Of a stretch of 64,000 nucleotides of DNA, positions 17,587 to 25,902 are shown in pieces. The number at the start of each line of letters is the position of its first letter. Position 1 is the first letter of the stretch. The stretch spans positions 111,056 to 175,055 of the forward strand of contig JANYEB010000037.1 in assembly GCA_025363355.1 (NCBI GenBank). The letters are read 5' to 3'. The translations under genes and the position numbers were made by a program. The notes beneath the pieces were generated by a model. The model was not told where the DNA came from. It ran no database searches and worked only from the letters and a program-made list of their open reading frames with translations. The stretch is from Chitinophagaceae bacterium. Its GTDB lineage: Bacteria; Bacteroidota; Bacteroidia; Chitinophagales; Chitinophagaceae.

Positions 17587-18429
17587 TTATCCTAAAGCAA
17601 CTCTTACAAAAGATTTAACTTTTAAATCTGCACTTACGCTTTTTAAATACTCAGCAACGGTTTTACCACCATCTTTAACAAATGGTTGAGCCATTAAAGT
17701 ATTTTCTTTGAAGAAAGCATTTAATTTACCTTCTGCAATTTTAGCAATCATTTCTTCTGGTTTGCCTTCCATTTTAGGATCAGCTTTCATTGTATCAATA
17801 ACAATCGCTCTTTCTCTTTCAATCGTTTCAGGAGCAATGCTATCAGCATCAACAGCCAAAGGATTCATTGCAGCAATTTGCATAGCTACATCTTTACCTG
17901 CTTCAACTGCATCACTTGTTAAAGCAACTAAAACACCCATTCTATATGAACCGTGAATATAAGATGCAACATAAGGAGCTTCCACTCTTTCGTATCTTGC
18001 AATACCAATTTTCTCTCCAATAGAAGCTAATTTATCGTTGATTAAATCGGCAACTTTAGCACCATTTACTGTTGCTTCGCTTAACTCTTCGGCAGTTTTG
18101 CAATCATTAGCAACTGCAGCATCTGCAATACCTTGAGCAAATGCAACGAAATCTGCATTTTTAGAAACGAAATCAGTTTCGCAGCTAATACAAACAACGT
18201 ATCCAATTTTATTATCACTACTTGTAGCCGCAATAATAACACCTTCTTTTGCTTCTCTGTCGCTACGTTTAGCAGCAACTTTTTGTCCTTGTTTACGTAA
18301 CCAGTCAATAGCAGCTTCAAAATCGCCACCAGTTTCTGTTAACGCTTTACGGCAATCCATCATACCAGCACCAGTGGTTTGACGTAATTTATTAATATCT
18401 TGTGCAGTAATTGTAACTGTAGTACTCAT
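17587..18429 (-). CDS. tsf: Translation elongation factor Ts
   Basis: N-terminal UBA-like TAQDINKLRQTTGAGMMDCRKAL and the EF-Ts core CETDFVSKN. Length is 280 aa. It lies downstream of rpsB, as in most bacteria. Confidence 0.95.
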   Translation of the reverse strand: MSTTVTITAQDINKLRQTTGAGMMDCRKALTETGGDFEAAIDWLRKQGQKVAAKRSDREAKEGVIIAATSSDNKIGYVVCISCETDFVSKNADFVAFAQGIADAAVANDCKTAEELSEATVNGAKVADLINDKLASIGEKIGIARYERVEAPYVASYIHGSYRMGVLVALTSDAVEAGKDVAMQIAAMNPLAVDADSIAPETIERERAIVIDTMKADPKMEGKPEEMIAKIAEGKLNAFFKENTLMAQPFVKDGGKTVAEYLKSVSADLKVKSFVRVALG

Positions 18430-18495
18430 TTTTTTAGATTTGAATGATTTGAGAAATTTGAAGATTTTAAAGATTGAATCTTATATCATCAATGT

Positions 18496-18561
18496 TTATA
18501 AAAAACCACATAGAAACGTAGTATCACAGTTTTTCTATGTGCCTATGTACCTATGTGGTTT
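18496..18561 (-). terminator. Intercistronic hairpin(s) plus U-run between rpsB and tsf; a partial terminator or attenuator candidate
   Basis: The minus-strand RNA carries three CACATAG-like segments followed by one CUAUGUGG and a U6 run. The 3' segment can pair with either the proximal or the distal copy, giving alternative stems. Confidence 0.45.
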
Positions 18562-18648
18562 ATGTTTATGTAAGAACTAAAGTGTGTTGTATGTGTAAAT
18601 GTCAATAGTAATCTACTAACCATTCACTATTTACTACGCACCAAATAA

Positions 18649-19563
18649 CTATCTTCCGCCTGGACCACCTGGACGACGTTGTGCAGGGCCTGGTACTCTA
18701 CGTTTTGTAACACCAGCACCTTGTTGACCACCAGCAGGAGCATCATTGCCTCTGCCACGACCACGACCACCACGACCACCTTCAGCCTGAGCTTCTTGCT
18801 CTAAACGACGAGCGTGAGTTTCGTTATCGTTGTTAGAATCGTCTTGATCATTATCATCTTCTTTATTTGCCTGACGCTCAGCTAGACCTTCAGCAATTGC
18901 AGCAGTTAAATAGTTAACGATAATAGCAATAGATTTTGTAGCATCGTCATTTGCAGGAATAGCAAAGTCAACTTTATTTGGATCGCAGTTAGTATCTACC
19001 ATACCAAATGTTGTGATACCTAATCTTTTTGATTCAGCTAAAGCAATATGCTCAACTCCAATATCCACCATAAAGATAGCAGCAGGAATACGACCCATTT
19101 GAGCAATACCACCTAATACTTTCTCCATTTTATCTTTGTCACGAGTAAGTGTTAAACGCTCTTTTTTAGTTAAGCTATCAGCACTTCCGTCAGCAAGCAT
19201 TTTTTCAATGCTTTGCATTTTTTTAACACTCTTACGAACAGTATTAAAGTTTGTAAGCATACCACCTAACCAACGCTCAGTTGCATAGGGCATATTTACA
19301 CGCTTCGCACAATCGCTTACGATTTCTTTAGCTTGTTTTTTAGTTGCAACAAACATTATTTTTTTACCGCTTTTTGCAATTTGTTTCATTGCAGCAGCAC
19401 ACTCTTGTAAACCATCAACAGTTTTGTTAAGGTCTATAATATGTATGCCTTTTTTCTCAGCAAAAATGTATGGTAACATTTTTGGATTCCACTTTTTCTT
19501 AAGGTGACCAAAGTGTACACCAGCCTCAAGAAGTTGTTGTTGTAGTGAAGTGTTATTTTCCAT
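18649..19563 (-). CDS. rpsB: 30S ribosomal protein S2 with an acidic and Arg/Gly-rich C-terminal extension
   Basis: LLEAGVHFGH, MFVATKKQAK and WLGGMLTNF. A C-terminal tail of about 70 aa reads KEDDNDQDDSNNDNE...GGRGGRGRGRG...RRPGGPGGR. Confidence 0.95.
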   Translation of the reverse strand: MENNTSLQQQLLEAGVHFGHLKKKWNPKMLPYIFAEKKGIHIIDLNKTVDGLQECAAAMKQIAKSGKKIMFVATKKQAKEIVSDCAKRVNMPYATERWLGGMLTNFNTVRKSVKKMQSIEKMLADGSADSLTKKERLTLTRDKDKMEKVLGGIAQMGRIPAAIFMVDIGVEHIALAESKRLGITTFGMVDTNCDPNKVDFAIPANDDATKSIAIIVNYLTAAIAEGLAERQANKEDDNDQDDSNNDNETHARRLEQEAQAEGGRGGRGRGRGNDAPAGGQQGAGVTKRRVPGPAQRRPGGPGGR

Positions 19564-19659
19564 TTGAAAAATTTAAATGATTTGAAAATTTGATGATTAA
19601 GCTGCCAGTAAAACACATTGAACAAATTGACCAATGAATTTTGACCAGCAACTCGTTGA

Positions 19660-20049
19660 TTAACGTTTTGAGAACTGGTAGCTTCTTCTTGCTTTTTTAT
19701 GACCAAATTTCTTACGCTCAACACTACGTGGATCACGAGTTAAATGACCTGCTGCTTTTAAAGTTGGACGGAATTCTGGGTTTACTTCTAACAACACGCG
19801 AGCAATTGCAAGTTTAGCTGCTTCTGCCTGACCCTTTAAACCACCACCTTGTGCGTTAATAACAATATCGTATTTACCCACAACATCAGCAGCTTTTAAA
19901 GGAGCTTCTACTTGATTTTGTAAATAAAATAATGTGAAATATTGTTTATAATCTTTATCGTTAACCGTTATTTTACCTTCTCCCTTGCTAATGAAAACAC
20001 GAGTGATGGCTTCTTTTCTACGACCAACGGCATTTTTTTGCTTCTCCAT
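19660..20049 (-). CDS. rpsI: 30S ribosomal protein S9
   Basis: GRRKEAITRV, GGGLKGQAEA and the C-terminal RKKFGHKKARRSYQFSKR. Confidence 0.95.
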   Translation of the reverse strand: MEKQKNAVGRRKEAITRVFISKGEGKITVNDKDYKQYFTLFYLQNQVEAPLKAADVVGKYDIVINAQGGGLKGQAEAAKLAIARVLLEVNPEFRPTLKAAGHLTRDPRSVERKKFGHKKARRSYQFSKR

Positions 20050-20081
20050 TAATATTAATTTGAATGATTTTTAAATGTTGA

Positions 20082-20525
20082 TTAGAATTTTAGCTCTTTA
20101 GGTTGTTGAGCAGAATGTGGATGACTTGCACCTTGATATACAAATAATTTTTTGTACATAGCTCTACCTAAACGATTTTTAGGCAACATTCCTTTTACAG
20201 CTCTTTCAACTAAAACCTCTGGGCGACGACGTTGCAAATCTTTTGCAGCTTCTTCTTTTCTACCTCCTGGGTATCCACTAAAAGTGTCATAAACTTTGTC
20301 CTTCATTTTGTTACCAGTAAGAACAACTTTCTCACAATTGATAACAATAATAAAGTCTCCACAATCTACGTGTGGTGTGTAATAAGCCTTGTTTTTGCCT
20401 CGTAGGATTGCAGCAATTTTGCTACACATACGTCCTACGGTTTGATTAGCACCGTCAACAACATACCAGTTGTGTGTTACGGTAGCCGAGTTGGCGTGTT
20501 TGGTTGTAAAATGTAATTTACTCAT
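20082..20525 (-). CDS. rplM: 50S ribosomal protein L13
   Basis: WYVVDGANQTVGRMCSKIAAILRGK, YYTPHVDCGD and GMLPKNRLGR. It lies upstream of rpsI, the conserved rplM-rpsI pair. Confidence 0.95.
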   Translation of the reverse strand: MSKLHFTTKHANSATVTHNWYVVDGANQTVGRMCSKIAAILRGKNKAYYTPHVDCGDFIIVINCEKVVLTGNKMKDKVYDTFSGYPGGRKEEAAKDLQRRRPEVLVERAVKGMLPKNRLGRAMYKKLFVYQGASHPHSAQQPKELKF

Positions 20526-20950
20526 CTGTTTGTATTTAGTATTAATATTTTGTTGTTAAACTGAGAACTAATACCTGTTAAGAAATTTAAAATGATAACG
20601 CTATCCCATTATCAAGTCCCTATTTTATTTTGGGAGTGCAAAAGTGTGGGGTGATTACTTTGTTTTCCAAACAAATAAGCAAGTATTTTGTAGTATACTT
20701 TTGTAATTGATTGATATACAGTAAAAATAATGTCTAATAAAATATTTCCTCTAACAAATTCGTTGTTTTGTTAGAAGTTTTTTGTTAAAATTTGGCATTA
20801 TAATTGTCCTGAAACAATGCTAAAAGCTAATTTTGTTGCTTAATAAGATTGATTTTTATATCATAGCATCTTAAAATGTATATAATGTTTGTGTTAAAAA
20901 AATCAAGTTTTAGCTTTTTGTTTACATTTACCCACTAAAAAAATTGTTTA

Positions 20951-22507
20951 ATGAAGCAGGCTTTTATTCTACTCTCTACATTATTTATTTCAACATTTGG
21001 TATTTCTCAAGCTACCAAAAAAGCTCCAGTAAAAGCATCAAGTAAAACTGTTGCTCCTAGTGTTGTTGCACCAAGCAAGGCAGCAGTTCCTACTAACGCA
21101 GTTGTTAAACCGACAGTAAGCACAGATGGTGGACATAATATTGCTATTACCCTTACGCCTGCTAAAAACCAAAAGGTTTACCTTGGTTGTTATTATGGAA
21201 AAGGCAAAGCAATTATGGACTCTTGTCAACTAGACGATAAATGCAATGGTCATTTTAAAGGAGATAAGAAACTTACTGGTGGTATTTATTTTATAGTTTC
21301 TCAGGCATATAGTATCCAGTTTGAGGTGTTGGTTGGTGATGTACAAAATTTTTCAATAACTGGCGATACCACACAAAAAGAAAAGTTTGTAGTTAAAGGC
21401 TCTCCTGATAATGATTTATTTACAAGTTACTCTGCCAGAAGCAGTGAAATTGGTAGTGAATTAACCAAAATAGCTGCTACACTTTCTGGTGCTAAAACAG
21501 CAAGCGATTCTTCTAAAATAAGAAAAGAACTTAAAGTTAAAAATGATGCTTTATTAAAAGTTAGAGATGATATAATTACCAATAATCCTAATACTTTAAT
21601 GTCATCATTATTATCTGCAATGAGAAGACCCGAAGCTCCAGAGATTCCTGTTGACCCAGTAACAAAAAAAGCAGATTCATCTTACCCATACCACTTTGTA
21701 AAAGAACATTATTGGGATGATGTGGTTTTTGCCGATGAAAGATTATTACGCACTCCTTTCTTTGAACCAAAGGTTGATGATTATTATAAATATTATATTT
21801 CTCCCGAGGCTGATAGCATTATTCCTGAAGTTGATTTTATGTTGCTTTCTGCAAGAGAGTCTAAAGAAATGTATGCATACTTGTTAACCAAGTTTACTAA
21901 CAAATACATTAGCCCAGAGTATATGGGTCAGGATAAAGTATTTGTGCATTTGTTTACTGATTATTATTTGCGTGGGGATACCAGTTTATTAGATGCTAAA
22001 TCTAAAAAAACAATCATTGATCAAGGTTATAGCAAAATGCTAAACCAACTTGGAGCTGTGGCTGCACCACTTGATTTAACTGATACTTTGGGTAAAGTGG
22101 TTTCTCTATACAGTATTAAAGCTAAGTTTACTTTGTTTGCTTATTGGGATCCAACTTGTGGACATTGCAGACAAGAACTTCCTGTATTAGATTCTATTTA
22201 CAGAGCTAAATGGCAAAACTTAGATGTGGCAGTTTATAGCACTATTTCTAAATATGATTTATTGCCAGAATTAAAACAATTTATTAAAGAGAAAAATCTT
22301 CCTTCAACGTGGCATTATACTTACGAAACTAAAGCTGCTAAAGAGGCTACAGAAAAAGCTGGTGTGCCAAACTTTCGTCAGGCTTATGACTTGAATAAAA
22401 CACCTGTATTTTACTTGTTAGATGCTGAAAAAAGAATTATAGGCAAAAACCTAAGCATTCATCAAATTGATGATTTGATATCAAAAAAATTGAAACTAAA
22501 TAAATAA
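20951..22507 (+). CDS. Secreted protein with a C-terminal thioredoxin-fold (CxxC) domain, DUF5106-like
   Basis: Signal peptide, Pro/Ala/Val-rich linker and the C-terminal motif FAYWDPTCGHCRQELP. Confidence 0.6.
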   Translation: MKQAFILLSTLFISTFGISQATKKAPVKASSKTVAPSVVAPSKAAVPTNAVVKPTVSTDGGHNIAITLTPAKNQKVYLGCYYGKGKAIMDSCQLDDKCNGHFKGDKKLTGGIYFIVSQAYSIQFEVLVGDVQNFSITGDTTQKEKFVVKGSPDNDLFTSYSARSSEIGSELTKIAATLSGAKTASDSSKIRKELKVKNDALLKVRDDIITNNPNTLMSSLLSAMRRPEAPEIPVDPVTKKADSSYPYHFVKEHYWDDVVFADERLLRTPFFEPKVDDYYKYYISPEADSIIPEVDFMLLSARESKEMYAYLLTKFTNKYISPEYMGQDKVFVHLFTDYYLRGDTSLLDAKSKKTIIDQGYSKMLNQLGAVAAPLDLTDTLGKVVSLYSIKAKFTLFAYWDPTCGHCRQELPVLDSIYRAKWQNLDVAVYSTISKYDLLPELKQFIKEKNLPSTWHYTYETKAAKEATEKAGVPNFRQAYDLNKTPVFYLLDAEKRIIGKNLSIHQIDDLISKKLKLNK

Positions 22508-22532
22508 ACTGTTAACTATTTTATTGAACCAA

Positions 22533-24452
22533 ATGAAGAAAATAATTTTTTCGATTGTCTTGTTTTCTGCTACTCAATCTTTTGCCCAAACACTGTTTAG
22601 TTATGGCAACAAAGCGGTTAGCAAATCAGAGTTTTTAGCTGCTTTTAACAAGAACCCTAACCCCAATGTAGAAAGAAGAAAAGCTTTGGATGAGTATAAA
22701 AATTTATACATCAATTTTAAATTAAAAGTGCAAAGTGCTTTTGATGAAAAATTGCAAGAAGGCAAATCTTTTAAAGCTGAAAGCGACAATTTTAAAAAGC
22801 AAATTGCAGATAATATTATTAATGAAGAAGCTAATGCTAAGTTGCTATTAAAAGAAGCTTTTGACAGAAGCCAAAAAGATATTGATGTATCGCAAATATT
22901 TGTAGCTAGCAATGGTGATACTGCTGCTGCAAGAATGGAAATATTTAAAGCTTATGCCGATTTAAAATCTGGCAAAAAGTTTGAGGATGTGCTAGAAAAA
23001 TATTGTAATGATGAGAGTGTAAAAAAATCGAAAGGCAGCATTGGTTATGTTACTGTTTTTTCTTTACCATATCAAATTGAAAACATTGTTTATGCGTTAA
23101 AACCTCAGGGATTCTCTGCTCCATATAAAAGTGCTTATGGCTGGCATATTTTTAAAAGCGTTAGTGAAAGAGCAGCAGTAGGAAAAAGAAAAATGTCTCA
23201 AATCTTGCTTTCATATCCACCAGATGCAACGCCTGAAGAAAAAGCTAAAGTAGAAGCTAAAGCTGATGAGGTTTATAAAAGAGTTGTACGTGGAGAAAAC
23301 TTTGGAATGCTAGCCCAAGAATATAGTAACGATTACTCAACTGCTAACAGCAAAGGAGATATGGGTGAAATAGGACTTGGTAAATTTAATAGAAGTTTTG
23401 AAGAGCAAATATTCTCTTTAAAAAACAATGGAGATATTTCTCCTTTAATAAAAACAGATTATGGTATTCATATTTTAAAATTAGTAGAAGCATTACCAAT
23501 TATAAAAAATGCAGAAGATCCAATTTATCAAGCATCTTTAAAGATAAAACTTGATAATAGCGATAGATTGGCTATCGCTAAAAAGAACTTGATTTCTAAA
23601 TGGAAAGGATTAATTGGATTTAGAAAAGCATTCTTTAATGAAACATCAGCTTGGGCTTTTATTGATAGTACCATTCAAGAAAAAAGCACAGATGATTTAA
23701 TTGCGGTTGCTAACGATTCTACACTTGTATTTGCATTTAAAAAGCAAAATATTAAACTTTTTGATTTCATTGAATACGTTAAAAGTGTTAGATATTCTGG
23801 TAAAGAAAGTGGTAATAAAAGTTACCCAGAATTGTTAGATATGTTTGAAGAAGTTAGCTGTAGCGAATACTATAAAAATCATTTAGAAGATTATAGCAAA
23901 AGTTTGCAAGAGCAGTTAAAAGAGTTTGATGAAGCTAACCTGCTTTTTGCTGCAATGGATAAACACGTTTGGAGCAAAGCATCTGAAGATAGCATTGGCT
24001 TGAAAAGTTATTTTGAAGCTAATAAAACTAAATACAATTGGCAACCAGGTATTGCTGCAATATCGGTTAGTGCAAATAGCAAAACATTGGCGTTAGAATT
24101 ATACGAAAAAATAAAAGCTAACCCACAAGATTGGAGAAAAATTGTTAGTGACGAAGGTGCAAAAGCAGCATCTGATAGTGGCAGATACGAAAATGAACAA
24201 ATGCCTATAAAATCTAATGTTGATAAAAAGATTGGCTTTATTAGTTTGCCTGAAAAAAATAGCGGCGACGATTCGTACAGCTTTATTTATGTAACAGGTA
24301 TTTTTGATAAAGTTGAACCAAGAAGTTTTGAAGATGCTCGTGGTTTAGTAATGAACGATTATCAACAACTTTTAGAGAAAGATTGGTTAGCAGATTTAAA
24401 AAGGAAATACGCAGTGAAGGTGAACGAAGCTGTTTGGAATACAGTACAATAA
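22533..24452 (+). CDS. SurA-like periplasmic peptidyl-prolyl isomerase (parvulin/PpiC type)
   Basis: Signal peptide from the ATG at 22533. There are two parvulin-like segments (SKGSIGYVT...GWHIFK and SKGDMGEIGLGKF...YGIHILK). Confidence 0.8.
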   Translation: MKKIIFSIVLFSATQSFAQTLFSYGNKAVSKSEFLAAFNKNPNPNVERRKALDEYKNLYINFKLKVQSAFDEKLQEGKSFKAESDNFKKQIADNIINEEANAKLLLKEAFDRSQKDIDVSQIFVASNGDTAAARMEIFKAYADLKSGKKFEDVLEKYCNDESVKKSKGSIGYVTVFSLPYQIENIVYALKPQGFSAPYKSAYGWHIFKSVSERAAVGKRKMSQILLSYPPDATPEEKAKVEAKADEVYKRVVRGENFGMLAQEYSNDYSTANSKGDMGEIGLGKFNRSFEEQIFSLKNNGDISPLIKTDYGIHILKLVEALPIIKNAEDPIYQASLKIKLDNSDRLAIAKKNLISKWKGLIGFRKAFFNETSAWAFIDSTIQEKSTDDLIAVANDSTLVFAFKKQNIKLFDFIEYVKSVRYSGKESGNKSYPELLDMFEEVSCSEYYKNHLEDYSKSLQEQLKEFDEANLLFAAMDKHVWSKASEDSIGLKSYFEANKTKYNWQPGIAAISVSANSKTLALELYEKIKANPQDWRKIVSDEGAKAASDSGRYENEQMPIKSNVDKKIGFISLPEKNSGDDSYSFIYVTGIFDKVEPRSFEDARGLVMNDYQQLLEKDWLADLKRKYAVKVNEAVWNTVQ

Positions 24453-24469
24453 ATTTGAAATGATTTTTT

Positions 24470-24501
24470 AAAAGCCACAGTGTTACGCTGTGGCTTTTTT
24501 T
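24470..24501 (+). terminator. Rho-independent terminator after the SurA-like gene
   Basis: Stem AAAGCCACAG/CTGTGGCTTT followed by a T-run. Confidence 0.7.
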
Positions 24502-24528
24502 ATTGCTATTTCCTCCGTTATTGATCTG

Positions 24529-24793
24529 GAAAAACGATTTTGCGATGTCGTTACACAATGTTGTGACGTCGCTACATTTTGAAGCGACATTGCAACATAA
24601 TTCTAGCACATCTCTCAAGTATTCCTGCATGTGTAGGGGTCATTTTGTGATGTGTAGGAATTGTTTCTATAAGGGAAAAACAGTTTCTACACATCACAAA
24701 ATAGTTTCCTGAGTTATAGGAATGGTTTCTGCATGTATAGGAGTTATAATATAACATCGCTACACAATGTAGCGACATTGTAAAACCGTTTTC
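24529..24793. repeat. ~265-bp non-coding element bounded by imperfect terminal inverted repeats, copy 2
   Basis: The left end is GAAAAACGATTTTGCGATGTCGTTACA and the right end reverse complement is GAAAACGGTTTTACAATGTCGCTACA. There is a sub-terminal palindrome ATCGCTACACAATGTAGCGAC. The centre GTGATGTGTAGGAATTGTTTCTATAAGGGAAAAACAGTT is nearly identical to copy 1. A perfect 15-bp inverted repeat (TTTTGTGATGTGTAG / CTACACATCACAAAA) brackets the centre. Confidence 0.7.
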
Positions 24794-24868
24794 CCCGTAG
24801 ACAGAAAGCGGCAAGAACATCATTTTATTGTTAAAAGTCAAACAGTTAAGCCAAAAATAGGTTTCTGC

Positions 24869-25321
24869 TTAATTTAGTTTTATGAAGTGAAGGTCAGATG
24901 CGTCATAAGCACTTTCATGTATTATTAGTTCGTCATTCTTAATTTCGTCAATCACTAAAACATTCCAAAACGGAGCCACTTTTTCTGCAAAATTTAAGGT
25001 CCAGGTGGAATCAACACCACCACGAACTGCATGTGTAAGCGTCCAGTTAATAGTAGTGTCTGTAGTTTTTATCCCATCTTCCTGAATGATGATATGATTA
25101 CTGTCAATTGTCCAATAAACATTGTCAACATACTGTATATGATTACTAAACCAACCACCAGTTAGATAAAACAACTTCCACCTTCCTCTAGTGTAAAGCT
25201 GTATAGTATCTAAAGGCTTATCATAGAGTGTGATATTTAATGGTATATGAGTATCTTTTTTGCATTGAGTAAAAAAGAAGACAGATAAACCCAAACTAAC
25301 AATTATTAATATCTTATTCAT
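24869..25321 (-). CDS. Hypothetical small lipoprotein (150 aa)
   Basis: Lipobox (FFFTQC) and a beta-rich, lipocalin-like G.W.L pattern. No family recognised. Confidence 0.4.
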   Translation of the reverse strand: MNKILIIVSLGLSVFFFTQCKKDTHIPLNITLYDKPLDTIQLYTRGRWKLFYLTGGWFSNHIQYVDNVYWTIDSNHIIIQEDGIKTTDTTINWTLTHAVRGGVDSTWTLNFAEKVAPFWNVLVIDEIKNDELIIHESAYDASDLHFIKLN

Positions 25322-25327
25322 ATTTCA

Positions 25328-25798
25328 TTATTTCTCTTTAGACCATTTTTCCTCTCCTTTGGTATCAGATAAAATTTGATAGGAAAGTGATAATGTGTCA
25401 TTACAAATTCTAAAAGGCACATAATCGTAAATCTGATGATTTGTTTTGTCGTAAAGTATTATTACTGATATTGAATGATCGCTTGAAAAAGAAGTAATCT
25501 TATCAAAGCCAGTAATTTCGTATGTAAGATTTTTGTTTGTTGTATTACTTTGATAGATTATAGCATTAGTATTATCAATAAATATCAATGCTTTGGTATA
25601 GGATTCATTTACTGGTGTTTTATAAACATAGGTTTTAGTAATTCTATTAAAGTATTTTTCATAGCTCCAGTTCCATTTGCCAACAATCAATTTGCTGCAA
25701 ATGGAAATATCATTTGTAGGAGTTTGGCAACTGATAAATACATCATCCTCTTTTTTGCAGGTTATAAAGAAACCTATAATTACTAGTAGTTTTTTCAT
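25328..25798 (-). CDS. Hypothetical small lipoprotein (156 aa)
   Basis: Lipobox (GFFITC) and a GKWNW motif. It lies in tandem with the preceding lipoprotein gene. Confidence 0.4.
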   Translation of the reverse strand: MKKLLVIIGFFITCKKEDDVFISCQTPTNDISICSKLIVGKWNWSYEKYFNRITKTYVYKTPVNESYTKALIFIDNTNAIIYQSNTTNKNLTYEITGFDKITSFSSDHSISVIILYDKTNHQIYDYVPFRICNDTLSLSYQILSDTKGEEKWSKEK

Positions 25799-25890
25799 TT
25801 ATATTATACTACCGAAAGTATGCAAATTTTCCATTTTTCAGCGTTTAATTTTGGAGTATTATTTCAAGATAATTGACAATTTCAAATTAA

Positions 25891-25898
25891 TACATTTG
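25891..25898 (+). promoter_or_regulatory. Candidate -7 box (TAnnTTTG); would give a near-leaderless mRNA for the GT4 gene
   Basis: TACATTTG ends 4 nt before the ATG at 25903. Confidence 0.25.
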
Positions 25899-25902
25899 CA
25901 AA

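Noticed and set aside
19434-19736. 100-aa minus-strand ORF bridging the rpsI-rpsB spacer
   Set aside because: It overlaps the 3' end of rpsI and the 5' end of rpsB out of frame. Both ribosomal genes are unambiguous.
20526-20950. 425-bp spacer upstream of rplM as a possible ncRNA or ribosomal-protein leader
   Set aside because: I could find no convincing conserved stem-loops or known motif by eye. It is AT-rich with only weak 7-nt periodicity near 20526-20560.
24503-24841. 69-aa and 89-aa ORFs overlapping each other on opposite strands
   Set aside because: Both lie wholly inside the 265-bp repeat element. Their heptad-like peptide repetition simply mirrors the 21-nt DNA periodicity. The equivalent positions in copy 1 are not open.
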